DNA of 64,000 bases from an uncultured virus (IMG/VR IMGVR_UViG_2695420571_000019) (IMGVR_UViG_2695420571_000019), one strand, 5' to 3'; counted from the first letter of the stretch, positions 27,759 to 37,121 are shown. The notes: a model not told the origin generated them from the sequence alone. Numbers and translations: made by a program.

Positions 27759-28331
27759 ATGAACGTAAATATAAAACGCTTATCACCGGACGCTCAAATA
27801 CCGGCCTACGCTCACGCAACGGACGCTGGCTTCGATCTAGTCGCGGCGGCCGACGTAATTATCGAACCGGGCGCTACCGCGTGTGTGCCGACAGGCTTGG
27901 CGTTCGAGATTCCGGAAGGCTTTGAAATGCAGATTCGACCGCGATCCGGCATTACGTTGAAAACTAAATTGCGCGTGCAGCTCGGTACTGTAGATTGCGG
28001 GTATACGGGAGAAGTCGGAGTGATTGTCGATAATATAGCGCCATTACATACGGAACTACCTTCCGACTACGGTCCGGTGATGATTTCGGGTGATATTTAC
28101 CGGATGACCGGCGACTTACCGAAGTTTTCGTACATCATCCGTAAAGGCGATCGTATCGCCCAAGCCGTAATCAAGCCGGTCGAGCAGGCGGTGTTTACGG
28201 AAGTTGATACGCTCGGCGATAGCGATCGTGGTGCGGGCGGCTTCGGGAGTAGCGGGGTTATTGCGAAGGAGGAAGAAACGCATTTAAAATCCAGCGGACT
28301 AACCTTTGATTTGCCGAAGGAAGACGCTTAG
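27759..28331 (+). CDS. dut: trimeric dUTPase
   Basis: AGFDL, RSG, GTVDCGYTGE, RIAQ, RGAGGFGSSG. Confidence 0.93.
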   Translation: MNVNIKRLSPDAQIPAYAHATDAGFDLVAAADVIIEPGATACVPTGLAFEIPEGFEMQIRPRSGITLKTKLRVQLGTVDCGYTGEVGVIVDNIAPLHTELPSDYGPVMISGDIYRMTGDLPKFSYIIRKGDRIAQAVIKPVEQAVFTEVDTLGDSDRGAGGFGSSGVIAKEEETHLKSSGLTFDLPKEDA

Positions 28332-28553
28332 ATGACGCAAATATATGCGTGCTTTCTGAACGGTAAGCTATACGGATGCGGCGACATCGAGTATATGAAC
28401 GATCTATTCCGCGATTACGTCGTTAACTGTGGGATGTACGGAAAAGACGACTGCACATTTCGAATAACTACGAAGGAGAAAGCTCGGAGATTATTAATTA
28501 ACGAAACTATTCGAGAAAACGGCGAAGCATTAAAACGATTGGAGGACGAATAA
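28332..28553 (+). CDS. hypothetical protein
   Basis: 73 aa ORF in operon. Confidence 0.6.
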   Translation: MTQIYACFLNGKLYGCGDIEYMNDLFRDYVVNCGMYGKDDCTFRITTKEKARRLLINETIRENGEALKRLEDE

Positions 28554-29375
28554 GTGGCGGAAACCAAAATGAACGTACAGCTACTCGCACATACGCAATT
28601 GAGCGAAAAGTTTTATCGCTCTCTCAATTACGGAAATTATGATGTTATTCTCGGATGTTTTGACGGTAATCACGTCGAAGATCACGATGTAACCGACGGC
28701 CAAGCGGTCGCCTTAACCGCAATCAGATCGTGCTACAGCGCCAACAAACCGACCGAAATCGTCTCAAAGGAAGGCGCCAAGTATTTCGGCTCCAAAGCGT
28801 CAGATGGCGGCGCAGGCACGGACGCCGACCGGTTATTCCGACATATCGTCCGTTCGGGCCATTCGTCGACCCTTGAGCATATCTCGTTCACCTTTGCGAT
28901 TGAAGGCGTCAGCCGGGCGTTATTGGCGCAACTTACGCGGCATCGCGCAGGTTTTAGCTTCAGCGTCCAGTCACAGCGCTACGTACGAATGGGAAGCGAT
29001 GATAAGATCGGCGGGTTCGATTATGTATTGCCGGATAAGGTTAAGACCTGCACGAAAGAATTAGATTTATTCGGAGGAGGCGACGCCCCGTTTAACGCGA
29101 GAGAGATATTCGAAAATGCTCTACGTGATATACAGGATGCTTACGATCACTTACGCGAAATGGGCGTTCCAGCAGAAGACGCGAGAGCCGTCCTACCGAA
29201 CGCAGCCGCAACCAATCTCGTAATGACTGCGAATCTGACCGCGTTGCTTTCGTTCTATTCTAAGCGGAAACCCGGAAAAGGCGCACAGGCGGAAATTACC
29301 GAATTAGCCGAAGCGCTAAGACGCGAAGTGGTCGACGTGGAACCGTGGACTTCGCAGTTTTTCGAGGAGGTGTAA
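28554..29375 (+). CDS. thyX: FAD-dependent thymidylate synthase
   Basis: 'GHSSTLEH', 'RHRAGFSFSVQSQRY', 'EDARAVLP'. Confidence 0.93.
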   Translation: MAETKMNVQLLAHTQLSEKFYRSLNYGNYDVILGCFDGNHVEDHDVTDGQAVALTAIRSCYSANKPTEIVSKEGAKYFGSKASDGGAGTDADRLFRHIVRSGHSSTLEHISFTFAIEGVSRALLAQLTRHRAGFSFSVQSQRYVRMGSDDKIGGFDYVLPDKVKTCTKELDLFGGGDAPFNAREIFENALRDIQDAYDHLREMGVPAEDARAVLPNAAATNLVMTANLTALLSFYSKRKPGKGAQAEITELAEALRREVVDVEPWTSQFFEEV

Positions 29376-29377
29376 GC

Positions 29378-29947
29378 ATCGGTATACTAACGAATCTAGC
29401 GATGTCAACGCAATTACTTACGAACCCGACCGTCAAGCCACCGGAACCACCGCCGCCAGCCCCACCGCGCATCACCGAAGAAGAGGCGGCGTTGCAAAAG
29501 GCGGACGCGCACATCAAGGCGCTTGAGGATGAAGTGGCAGCGTTGAAGGCGGAGGCCAAAGCGAAGCCCAAGGTGCGACCAAAACCGAAGGTAAATAACG
29601 AAAATGTTAACGAAGCGCAACCAGCGCCAGAACCCGCATGGCAAACGTTCGAGGCTTCGGCTTATACGGCTGATTGCCCCGAAGGATGTACCGGAACAAC
29701 AGCGACCGGCCTCGACGTCAGCCATACGATCTATCACGCAGGCAAGCGCATTATAGCGGTCGATCCGTCAGTGATTGCGTTGGGTTCGACGGTCGAAATA
29801 AAACAGGCGGACGGCACAACGTTTGAAGCCGTGTCGCTTGATACTGGAGGCGCAATTAAGGGCGCCAAGATTGACGTACTAGTTGCGAATGAAGCCGACG
29901 CAGTACAGTTCGGACGGCAGTCGGTTCAGGTTCGCGTAATAAATTAA
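29378..29947 (+). CDS. 3D-domain cell-wall hydrolase-like protein (probable ATC start)
   Basis: 'ASAYT', 'IAVDP', 'DTGGAIKGAKIDV'; GAGGAGGTG then ATC at 29378. Confidence 0.8.
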   Translation: MGILTNLAMSTQLLTNPTVKPPEPPPPAPPRITEEEAALQKADAHIKALEDEVAALKAEAKAKPKVRPKPKVNNENVNEAQPAPEPAWQTFEASAYTADCPEGCTGTTATGLDVSHTIYHAGKRIIAVDPSVIALGSTVEIKQADGTTFEAVSLDTGGAIKGAKIDVLVANEADAVQFGRQSVQVRVIN

Positions 29948-29962
29948 CGGGAGGCGGAATAA

Positions 29963-30877
29963 ATGGCGGAAACTAATGTTAACGCAAATGCAAAGATCCA
30001 CGTGCTGGCTGACGAAACACTTGGCGGCATCAAGCGCGAATACGTAGAGGTCGATCGGAAGGCGGAGGTTGGCGAGAGGATCGTAATTGTTGAGAAAGCG
30101 GATTGCGAAGAGGGGTATAAAAACGGCGATGTTTTTACGGTAGACCGAGAGTACCGACCAAAAGATGGAGATGTTGAATGCGATGTAGCCTCATCTGATA
30201 GTAACTGCGACGGTCTTATCTATCGCGAAGAATATCACGTACTCGAACCGACCGATATCGTCCACATTGATACGCAACGCTACGAATTAACCGATCGCAA
30301 GGCGGAAGCGGGCGAGAAGGTTATTTACAACGGGAACATCGCTACGGTTAAAAGTGTTAGCGGAGGATTCGTTAAAGTGGAGGACTATGAGGACGCTAAG
30401 GGAGATGTAATAGGCGGATTCTCACACGGTTTATATCGCGTACTCGTCCCGGTAGAAACCTCCGAAGCCGACGAACCACAGCCGGCCGACCTAATCGACG
30501 TCGTCGCAAACTTAGCGAAAGAAGTTGCGGAATTAAAACGGGAAAATAACGAGCGAGACGACGCAATCAAAAAGATTCTTTCCGGTATGTACGACAAAAC
30601 TAAACGCCTTGAAAACGAAATCGACACGCTGCACAAAGACAACCGGACGCTCGGCGAGGAATTGGCGCGGTTGAAAGAGGCGAAGGATGACGAAACCAAT
30701 TACGAAGATGCTGCGTTAGTTTTTATTCAACGTAAGCTCGCCGGTAGAGTTGAAGTGTATCAAGACGGAAAGAGGATGCACGGGGTGTTGTCCGTAAATA
30801 TAAACGCTAAAGTTGGTGAACTTACAACGCATACAATCGAATTCGGAACGGGGAATACGGCGGGTGAACGCCTATGA
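29963..30877 (+). CDS. modular phage protein (repeated beta modules plus coiled coil)
   Basis: 'DRKAEVGERI' and 'DRKAEAGEKV' repeats. Confidence 0.7.
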   Translation: MAETNVNANAKIHVLADETLGGIKREYVEVDRKAEVGERIVIVEKADCEEGYKNGDVFTVDREYRPKDGDVECDVASSDSNCDGLIYREEYHVLEPTDIVHIDTQRYELTDRKAEAGEKVIYNGNIATVKSVSGGFVKVEDYEDAKGDVIGGFSHGLYRVLVPVETSEADEPQPADLIDVVANLAKEVAELKRENNERDDAIKKILSGMYDKTKRLENEIDTLHKDNRTLGEELARLKEAKDDETNYEDAALVFIQRKLAGRVEVYQDGKRMHGVLSVNINAKVGELTTHTIEFGTGNTAGERL

Positions 30878-31431
30878 AGCTCGCCTTTACTGGCCGCATT
30901 GCATCCGGAAAAGACGCCGCAACAAATTACATCGTTACTATGCACGAATTTCAACCGTTCACCTTTTCTTCGAAGGGAAAGTCGCTCTTTTACGATCTAT
31001 TTCCGGAGATGCAATACGAACATAAACCACGGCAACCTATGCGTGACTTTATTAACGGAATAACGAAGCTTCCGGTTCCTGGCGCTGAATCGGTATGGGT
31101 CGACTATGAGTTCCGAAAAATCAACGACTATATAAAGCGTCAGTGTTGCCGTCCCGCAAACGTATTAATTACCGATATAAGAAAGCCGATAGAATACGAT
31201 CGTGTTCGCGCAGAAGGCTTTAAGATAGTCCGCATAGTCGCGCCGGAATCCTTACGCATCGAACGCGCTAAAAAACGTGGCGATAAGTTTGATGCGGCCG
31301 ACCTAGAACATGCGACAGAAACAGCGGTCGATGATTTCGAAGTTGATTACGAAATTACAAACGACGGCACGATCGATGAATTATACGCGAATCTGGACGC
31401 GTTGATGGCGGACTTAGGCGTCAGCGTCTAA
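30874..31431 (+). CDS. dNMP/adenylate kinase-like P-loop protein
   Basis: GRIASGKD, 'ITDIR', 'HATE', 'NDGT'. Confidence 0.8.
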   Translation: MKLAFTGRIASGKDAATNYIVTMHEFQPFTFSSKGKSLFYDLFPEMQYEHKPRQPMRDFINGITKLPVPGAESVWVDYEFRKINDYIKRQCCRPANVLITDIRKPIEYDRVRAEGFKIVRIVAPESLRIERAKKRGDKFDAADLEHATETAVDDFEVDYEITNDGTIDELYANLDALMADLGVSV

Positions 31432-31809
31432 CTGAAACGCATATGTATGCGAAGGATACGCCAAATACGGCTGCTTGGACGCCTCGCCATCGCCGATCAA
31501 GTAATAGCGCTGCGGTAGGCTGTCGAAATCAATACCGACCTTACGCAAAAACGGAATGGCTGATACGTTGCCGCGCTTATCGAACTTGAACGGCTTAACG
31601 TCCGGTTGGTTTACTAATTCGGGCTTGCCGACCACGATGCGCCGGGACTCCGGTTCATATGCGACCGTCAGATAAAACGGACCGTCCGTAGGCAGGCCGA
31701 TTACACGGCGCGCTCCAGTCGAAACAAACAGGCGCCGCTGTTTTTCGATAGTTATGTAAGCTTTAAGTTTACGTTCAACAGGATCGTTAGATACCCATGT
31801 AAGAACCAT
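31414..31809 (-). CDS. hypothetical protein, possibly AbrB-like, with its own promoter
   Basis: AAAGGAG RBS; TTGACT-N17-TATGAT on the minus strand at 31870-31842. Confidence 0.7.
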   Translation of the reverse strand: MVLTWVSNDPVERKLKAYITIEKQRRLFVSTGARRVIGLPTDGPFYLTVAYEPESRRIVVGKPELVNQPDVKPFKFDKRGNVSAIPFLRKVGIDFDSLPQRYYLIGDGEASKQPYLAYPSHTYAFQLDADA

Positions 31810-31888
31810 TAACGAAACTCCTTTCGAAAACGTTTACGCTAATCATAAACGAAATTAACGAAGGAGTCAACGAAAGGGGACGATTAAC

Positions 31889-32278
31889 ATCGGGAAAGTC
31901 AAAGTCGATCTACACCGAAAGGAACGCGAATTCGACGCAACCTATGCGCTCGATAACGCAGAAGGCGTCAAGTTGTTGCTCGCCGATTATCAGAAGTTCG
32001 TTAGCCGGAAGCGTTGCGGAGATTATGACGCGGCGACGATTCTTATCGATATTCACAAAGCGCTTGATTTAGCGAATTTAACGAACCGCCAGCGCCAGGC
32101 GATAGAGCTCGTTTATTTCGGTGAACTAACGCAAGCCGAGGCGGGCGAACGGATGGGTATTACGCAAAAGAATGTTAACGAGACGCTAGATCGATCAGTT
32201 GAAAAGATTGCGGATATTTACTACTACTGGGCGAGCCATAACGAAGGGTACACGATAGGAGGGCGAAACGTTGGATAA
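31889..32278 (+). CDS. sigma-70 region-4 HTH protein (candidate late regulator; probable ATC start)
   Basis: 'LTNRQRQAIELVYFGELTQAEAGERMGITQ'; frame open back to ATC 31889 after GAAAGGGG. Confidence 0.75.
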   Translation: MGKVKVDLHRKEREFDATYALDNAEGVKLLLADYQKFVSRKRCGDYDAATILIDIHKALDLANLTNRQRQAIELVYFGELTQAEAGERMGITQKNVNETLDRSVEKIADIYYYWASHNEGYTIGGRNVG

Positions 32279-32792
32279 AGCGTTGTTGCACGAAACAATT
32301 ACGGAAATATACAAACGAACTAAGGCCGGAAAGCTGGCGCGCCAGGAACGTATCGAAGAAACTATGGCGTTAGTAAACGCTTATTATGACTCTACCGGAG
32401 AACAGCCGGACGTTACCGCGCTTGATCGAATGGCTAATCTTATAATTTACGAAGAACTCTCTGACTCACACCCGGATAAAGTTACGCGAACTGAATACCC
32501 AATAATGAGTGATGAGCAACTAGCTAGACGAAAGGAGGGGAAGCATCGCAAGAAAAATGATAACCCACGTATAGAGGTCCCATTGTCGATCGGTCAGAAT
32601 TTCGGAACAGACGGGAAAAACCACTCGTACCCAGTTAGAAGGCAGAGAAGTGAGAGAGAGTCCGCATATGTGGATAAGGCGTCTCTTTCGCAGAACAAGA
32701 GCAGGCGAAGAAAGTACCGCAAGTTCATAAGTGGAAAGTCGCCAGGGCAATTCACCGTAAATATCGCTACGGGCGAAAAAACATATCACTAG
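32271..32792 (+). CDS. conserved phage protein
   Basis: TTG start after GGAGG. Confidence 0.7.
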   Translation: MDKALLHETITEIYKRTKAGKLARQERIEETMALVNAYYDSTGEQPDVTALDRMANLIIYEELSDSHPDKVTRTEYPIMSDEQLARRKEGKHRKKNDNPRIEVPLSIGQNFGTDGKNHSYPVRRQRSERESAYVDKASLSQNKSRRRKYRKFISGKSPGQFTVNIATGEKTYH

Positions 32793-32856
32793 TTGTCTAT
32801 AAGTTATGAGAGCGCTTATATAGCGCTTTTTATTTTACTGAAAAGGGGACGTTTAT

Positions 32857-33660
32857 ATGAGTAGAAAACTACGAGTTGTGAACACGGAAACAGGCGAGGA
32901 TCTATCGGAAAACTATACGCTGAGACACCGAAACCAAGACGAAGCCTTCCGCCAGCAACAAGAAAAGACGACCGATCGGCGTGACTTCTCTAATGCGAAT
33001 ATGTCTAATATTCACGAAGTCTATAACGCTCTTACGACGGCGCAATGCGGGTATTTAATGCTTCTCCAGTGCTACGTCGACTATAACGGTGTTCTCGTTA
33101 AATCTAGCCGCAACAAAGCACCGATGACAACATCCGACATGATGGACGTTTTGCAGCTCGGCAAGAAGCCTCGGACATTTTACGATTTCTTAGCGGCATG
33201 CATTGAACGCGACATTATACGGGAAGCCGACGACGGTTATAGCGTAAATGAACGCTACCACTTCAAAGGAAACTTCGGTAGCCAGTACGTTGTAAAGCTA
33301 TATACTGCGAAAATTAAACGCGTGTACAGCGAAGTGAAGGCGACGGATATTGGGCTTATTTATCGTATGCTCCCGTTCATACATTTCGAGACGAACGCTC
33401 TTTGCGAAAATCCTTTCGAAAAGAATCCGAAGCGTATCCGATGGTTCAACAAGAAAGAGCTTGCGGAGGCAATCGGAGTAACGCCTGATACGCTAGGCCG
33501 CCGTCTTAAGCAGATGAAATTCGACGGTGAGTACGTTGTTGCGCGTATTAAAGTCGGCACAGAGCCTGAGCGATTTACGTTTAACCCTAACGTTTTCTAT
33601 CGACAGTCAAAGACGCCGGACAAAACGTTGATTGCGCTGTTTAACGTTAAGAAGGTATAA
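32857..33660 (+). CDS. plasmid Rep-like winged-HTH protein
   Basis: 'VVNTETGE' N-terminus, two HTH-like regions, 'FTFNPNVFY' end reminiscent of RepL-type proteins. Confidence 0.55.
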   Translation: MSRKLRVVNTETGEDLSENYTLRHRNQDEAFRQQQEKTTDRRDFSNANMSNIHEVYNALTTAQCGYLMLLQCYVDYNGVLVKSSRNKAPMTTSDMMDVLQLGKKPRTFYDFLAACIERDIIREADDGYSVNERYHFKGNFGSQYVVKLYTAKIKRVYSEVKATDIGLIYRMLPFIHFETNALCENPFEKNPKRIRWFNKKELAEAIGVTPDTLGRRLKQMKFDGEYVVARIKVGTEPERFTFNPNVFYRQSKTPDKTLIALFNVKKV

Positions 33661-33743
33661 TTTTACTATATCGGAGGTGAGGCGAATGGGGATGCCGCGA
33701 GGAGCTAGTCCGTTAGAGGGTATCGTTAGAGGAGCATAAAACG

Positions 33744-33776
33744 AAAAAGGACGCCCGTTAAGGCGTCTTTATTTTT
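33744..33776. terminator. bidirectional terminator
   Basis: A-tract, GGACGCC-CGTTAA-GGCGTCT stem, T-tract, between convergent genes. Confidence 0.75.
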
Positions 33777-33780
33777 GCGT

Positions 33781-33960
33781 TTAAATATTCTTTTTCATTC
33801 CGCAACGTCGGCACTCCCGAAGAAACTTTCCGCTCTTCACCGAGCTTTTGAAAAGCGTATAGTCGCAGTTATCGCAACGTCCTGCGCGCTTGTCCGGAAA
33901 TTCCTTGTATTCGTAAGTGATCGACGTATCAATGCCGTTAGTCTCGTATTTTTCCTCCAT
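33781..33960 (-). CDS. zinc-ribbon protein (59 aa, not in ORF track)
   Basis: CDNC...CRRC; extended -10 TGGTATAAT at about 34009-34001. Confidence 0.65.
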   Translation of the reverse strand: MEEKYETNGIDTSITYEYKEFPDKRAGRCDNCDYTLFKSSVKSGKFLRECRRCGMKKNI

Positions 33961-34091
33961 TTTCGCTGTACCTCAGTGTCCTACATCGTTGTATAGAACG
34001 ATTATACCACGAAATTACAATGAGAGAGCCGCTTCAGACGCGTTCAGGTACGATAGGGTATCCGAAAGCTTGAAACGGCTCATTTCGTTCA

Positions 34092-34529
34092 TTATTTAAC
34101 GTTGAATTTCGCTGACTCAAACGTGCCGACGTAGTTGCGCTTGGCTGAATCCGAATAGCAGTCGATCTGAATAACGTATGTTCCTTTGCCGGTCTTGCTG
34201 CGGATCGACTTTACGCTAAACGACTTCATAGGCGTTGCGGTCTTAAAGCTTCCGCGCTGCACTAAACCCGTATCTGTCAGCCCGCCACCTGAGCGCTTTT
34301 TATAAACGCCAGCCGTATAGTAAAGCGTCGCCGCGCCTTTCTTTTCGGCCTTCCAATCGACCGTCTTTGCGCTGCTTGTGTACGTAGTTGCATCCGTATA
34401 GACGCGCGCTTTATGTCCGAACTTCTCCGTCTGCCAGCCCGACCATGCTGCGTCTGCTTGTGGCGCCAAAGCGATAGTACTCGTCAATAAAGCCGCGGTG
34501 ATTACGATTGATTTAAATAAACGTTTCAT
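34092..34529 (-). CDS. secreted protein of unknown function (moron)
   Basis: GAGGAGG RBS; signal peptide MKRLFKS...QADA|AW. Confidence 0.75.
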   Translation of the reverse strand: MKRLFKSIVITAALLTSTIALAPQADAAWSGWQTEKFGHKARVYTDATTYTSSAKTVDWKAEKKGAATLYYTAGVYKKRSGGGLTDTGLVQRGSFKTATPMKSFSVKSIRSKTGKGTYVIQIDCYSDSAKRNYVGTFESAKFNVK

Positions 34530-34634
34530 ACGATTTCCTCCTCGACCTGCAGGCGCGCTCCACACGTCGGGCAGCACGCGTCAGGCTCTATTTTTACGTC
34601 AAGTCTTGCGTAATTACATTCGTTACAAGCGTAT

Positions 34635-34829
34635 TCAATCATCGTTCATAGCCTCCGTTTCGATTAGATATCCGAGGTATGTCAGCGCCGTGTTAAATCC
34701 GATCTGGTACGCGTTCCCGCAGTTATCGAAGTGAGCGGCGGGTCTTTCGTATAGATCGAGTATCTGCGCTTCTTGTTTCGGGGTTAATGGCGGCGTATCC
34801 GCCCATAGCTTGCGAATTTTAAGCATCAT
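34635..34829 (-). CDS. hypothetical protein
   Basis: GAAAGGCGG RBS; overlaps the upstream small gene. Confidence 0.55.
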   Translation of the reverse strand: MMLKIRKLWADTPPLTPKQEAQILDLYERPAAHFDNCGNAYQIGFNTALTYLGYLIETEAMNDD

Positions 34830-34992
34830 CCTCAACACCGCCTTTCCATCGTAATAGCTGAAGTAGTGCGAATACGACAGCCGATGCTATTCCGATATAG
34901 TCTAACGCGGAAAGTTTGGCGAAATTCATACTCGCGATCCAAGAAACGAGGACAACGATTAACAAAATTTCCGTGGTATTAATCCGTTTCAT
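34819..34992 (-). CDS. small two-TM membrane protein (57 aa, not in ORF track)
   Basis: MKRINTTEILLIVVLVSW...; no SD seen. Confidence 0.55.
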   Translation of the reverse strand: MKRINTTEILLIVVLVSWIASMNFAKLSALDYIGIASAVVFALLQLLRWKGGVEDDA

Positions 34993-35035
34993 ACGTGGTA
35001 TAATTGATTGACGAGGGGCTTTCGCCCCCGTTGAG

Positions 35036-35185
35036 TTATGTGCGGCGACGGTGTTTCTTGGTCGGAATCCGTCGCTGTTCTTTGCTTTTCCGTTCCGTTC
35101 GCATATTGCGTAGTTCTAGCGAAAGTTTTAAGATCGCTAACCAAGTCGCAAGAAGAGCGGAAAGCTTTACGATGATGTCAATCAA
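35036..35185 (-). CDS. small TM peptide with basic tail (49 aa; type I toxin-like)
   Basis: Near-perfect SD GAAAGGAGGTG, TTG start, MIDIIVKLSALLATWLAILKL...KKHRRRT. Confidence 0.65.
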   Translation of the reverse strand: MIDIIVKLSALLATWLAILKLSLELRNMRTERKSKEQRRIPTKKHRRRT

Positions 35186-35300
35186 TCTACCGTTCACCTC
35201 CTTTCGTTAATTTGATTATATCGTATAAACGTTATAACGTCAATACGTTATTGATAAAAATATCGTATTTGCGTTATAATATTCGCAGGAGGTGGCGGAA

Positions 35301-35531
35301 ATGATCGCAAAGATAAAAGTAGGCGAGGCCTTGAAGCGCGCAGGTAAGACGCAGGCCGAGCTCGCAGAACTGACCGGAATCCGTCCGAATGCAATCAGTG
35401 AACTATGCCGCGGACATAGAGAACGTATCCAACTCGATCACATCAGTCGGATTGCGGCGGCGTTGAATATAAAAGACATACGAGAACTGATCGACTTGAT
35501 AGACGAAGAAGACGGAGGCGCTGGCGAATAG
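35301..35531 (+). CDS. XRE-family HTH regulator
   Basis: 'TQAELAELTGIRPNAISELC'; divergent from the minus-strand cluster. Confidence 0.85.
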   Translation: MIAKIKVGEALKRAGKTQAELAELTGIRPNAISELCRGHRERIQLDHISRIAAALNIKDIRELIDLIDEEDGGAGE

Positions 35532-35570
35532 CTGGCGTCTTTCTCAATTACGGAAAACTAATTGATAATG

Positions 35571-35622
35571 AACACGACTTTATTCGCACAAATCGGCGAA
35601 AAACACGACTTTATTCGCACAA
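35571..35622. repeat. 21-bp direct repeat (iteron-like)
   Basis: AACACGACTTTATTCGCACAA at 35571-35591 and 35602-35622. Confidence 0.85.
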
Positions 35623-35959
35623 CCGAAAAGTGGGTTCGCGCTTAGAGCCGCAAGGGATACAGCGATTTTAGACGCTCAATCACTTCTTAGTCTTGTGAAT
35701 CACAAGCCTCTGGAACTCCGTTTCACTTCGTCCAGTATTATCGCGATCAAGTACTTATTAATTAATATCTGCGCGTATGTAGGGAACGAAGTGACCGGAA
35801 TTAGCGCTATGTTTAAATACATACGGAAAGGACTTCGTTAATCTAGCGAAATTAATAACGTTAACTTAACGATAATACCGTATAATTTCCCCCGTTAGTT
35901 ATCTATGTATTATAGAAGGACGTAAAGCTACGTAAAACTTAACGGAAAGGAGGGCGGAA

Positions 35960-36346
35960 ATGGCTCGGAAACTTAGCGAAAAACAAATCGCTGCTATCGA
36001 ATTTTTATCGCAGCCGAACAGAGGCGGAATGACTTACGATCAGATTGCCGATGCAGTAGGCGTTACAAGACAGACGTTGCATAACTGGCGAAACAACGAT
36101 GATTTTTACGAAGAATTAAAACGCAGAATTAAGAAGCAATCGGCCGAAAGAATGCCGGATATCATAGCGTCAATACCCGATCATATTATTAACGATGGAA
36201 ATGCCGCAATGCTACGGACGTATATGCAATGGCACGATATGCTGACGGAGAGAACGGAAGTAGACGTTAAGAATGACGGTAATAACATAGCGGATATCAA
36301 GGCGGAAATAGAGCGTCTGAGGGCGCAACGTAAAACGGAAGAATAG
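35960..36346 (+). CDS. phBC6A51-like HTH protein, candidate terminase small subunit
   Basis: 'LSEKQIAAIE...TYDQIADAVGVTRQTLHNWR'; upstream of terminase large subunit. Confidence 0.7.
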   Translation: MARKLSEKQIAAIEFLSQPNRGGMTYDQIADAVGVTRQTLHNWRNNDDFYEELKRRIKKQSAERMPDIIASIPDHIINDGNAAMLRTYMQWHDMLTERTEVDVKNDGNNIADIKAEIERLRAQRKTEE

Positions 36347-36785
36347 ACGGACAGTAATATATGAAGCGTTCTGATAGCGGTAGGTTACGCCGTTTGACGG
36401 GCGCTTTTATTTTATCAGCCGAGGCTCCTTGGCGCGCGACCCTTCGATCACTTTCGGAATAGGCCCCACAAATATACAGTATCTTATACATATCGCGCTA
36501 TCCCTACCGTATATATAAACGTTGATATATCGCGGTTCATACGATGCATAAATAAAACGTAATACATAACGCAATACAAACACGAATGAATGCCGTCATA
36601 TCAACGACCATACCACCCACCCACTGTAACTTAATCCGATAATGTTACACTCGATATACAAAACGGTGCATACCGTATGAAAAACGAAAAGGGGGCGGGG
36701 GAGGAAAAACGAAAAGCCCGGGCGCCAGGCACATTTTAAACGCGCATTTCAAAAATTCACTTTGACTAAACGGAGGTGTTCACGA

Positions 36786-36950
36786 ATGAAGTACGTAGTA
36801 TTTAGCGATTCTATTATCGATCCGGCGCCGTGCACATACGACACCTACGAAGAAGCGCTCGCGGATCTTAATGATCGCGAAGAAGACGATTACTGGGACG
36901 AAACGGACATATACATTTGCGAAGTCATAAGCGTTAGAAAAGCGAAATAA
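36786..36950 (+). CDS. small acidic hypothetical protein
   Basis: GGAGGTG RBS. Confidence 0.6.
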   Translation: MKYVVFSDSIIDPAPCTYDTYEEALADLNDREEDDYWDETDIYICEVISVRKAK

Positions 36951-37044
36951 GCGCGTCACAGCCGTTTTAATCCAGCCGGAGGGTATTTACTTCGCTCGTT
37001 AATATACGGGCAAATCACGCATATATAATGCGATTCAATCACGA

Positions 37045-37121
37045 ATGCGGTGGCGGAATAGGTAGACGCAGACAAGCCGGAGGGCCGTAAACTTATGCGA
37101 GGTGCAAATCCTCGTCCGCAT
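37045..37121 (+). ncRNA. tRNA-like element with aberrant anticodon region
   Basis: ATGCGG/CCGCAT acceptor-like stem, Leu-type D-arm GGCGGAATAGGTAGACGC, T-arm CGAGG-TGCAAAT-CCTCG; no canonical anticodon stem-loop and no encoded CCA. Confidence 0.55.

Noticed and set aside
35571..35622. Mini-CRISPR interpretation of the 21-bp repeat
   Set aside because: There are only two copies with a 10-nt spacer and no cas operon; the Cas4-like nuclease is a typical phage exonuclease.
37045..37121. Functional tRNA-Leu or tmRNA
   Set aside because: There is no canonical anticodon stem-loop, no CCA and no tag reading frame, so it is kept only as tRNA-like.
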